A model generated the notes under the pieces. That model worked only from the letters and a program-made list of their open reading frames with translations. It searched no databases and was not told where the DNA came from. The position numbers and the translations under genes were made by a program. Of a stretch of DNA of 64,000 nt, positions 63,760 through 64,000 are shown piece after piece. Position 1 is the first letter of the stretch, and every line of letters starts with the position of its first letter. Source of the DNA: a virus (lineage: Duplodnaviria; Heunggongvirae; Uroviricota; Caudoviricetes); IMG/VR virus record IMGVR_UViG_2974506819_000001, positions 162,789 through 226,788 of that record. One strand, given 5' to 3'.

Positions 63760-63999
63760 TTAAGCAACACGACGACGGAGTTGCAGAATACGACGGTTAC
63801 GAGTCAGACGGGCTTCCTCAATAACGGTGTCGATAGTCAGCAGTTTCTTCGTCTCAATTGGCAGCATCTGACTGAGTCGACGTATCTGTGCTTCAATACG
63901 CAACGCCAGGATGTTGTCATTGGTGTTCATCAGTTCATCAGACAGTTTAGTGATTTGCTCACGAATCTGATTAATCTGCCCTTCCACAACTGGATCGTT
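63760..63999 (-). CDS. 3' part of a coiled-coil protein (start beyond the window)
   Basis: The frame is open from the window edge to the stop at 63760. Confidence 0.55.
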   Translation of the reverse strand, partial: NDPVVEGQINQIREQITKLSDELMNTNDNILALRIEAQIRRLSQMLPIETKKLLTIDTVIEEARLTRNRRILQLRRRVA

Positions 64000-64000
64000 A

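Noticed and set aside
1-64000. CRISPR array, tRNA/rRNA genes, inteins or introns in the RNAP genes, recoded stop codons
   Set aside because: No spaced direct repeats or cloverleafs were seen. The RNAP ORFs are continuous and of expected size, and genes end normally at TAA, TGA or TAG.

Overview
A 64-kb segment of a phiKZ-like jumbo myophage genome (Chimalliviridae-type). The gene order resembles the EL/OBP branch: a GroEL-like chaperonin is present and the endolysin directly follows the virion RNAP beta gene. Left to right: thymidylate synthase split by a group IA2 intron carrying a GIY-YIG homing endonuclease; a probable head protein; a phage chaperonin; thymidine kinase; two paralogous tail fibres with discoidin domains; and a ~13-kb array of paralogous adhesin-like virion genes with a strict period-4 order (c-B-a-b-c-B-a-b-c-B). 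Then come orphan early genes, a SNF2-like helicase, an RNase H-like protein that appears to have lost catalytic residues, UvsX/RecA, three split virion RNA polymerase subunits, a ~2540-aa tail protein with GH19 and M15-peptidase-like domains, an endolysin, the prohead protease and an HD-domain protein. Non-coding signals include a recurrent early-promoter motif, candidate late promoters, many long hairpin terminators, and a possibly bistable structured leader RNA in front of a monocistronic 146-aa gene. No tRNA, rRNA, CRISPR array or reverse transcriptase was seen. All assignments come from motif reading and recalled phiKZ-family synteny; no database searches were run.
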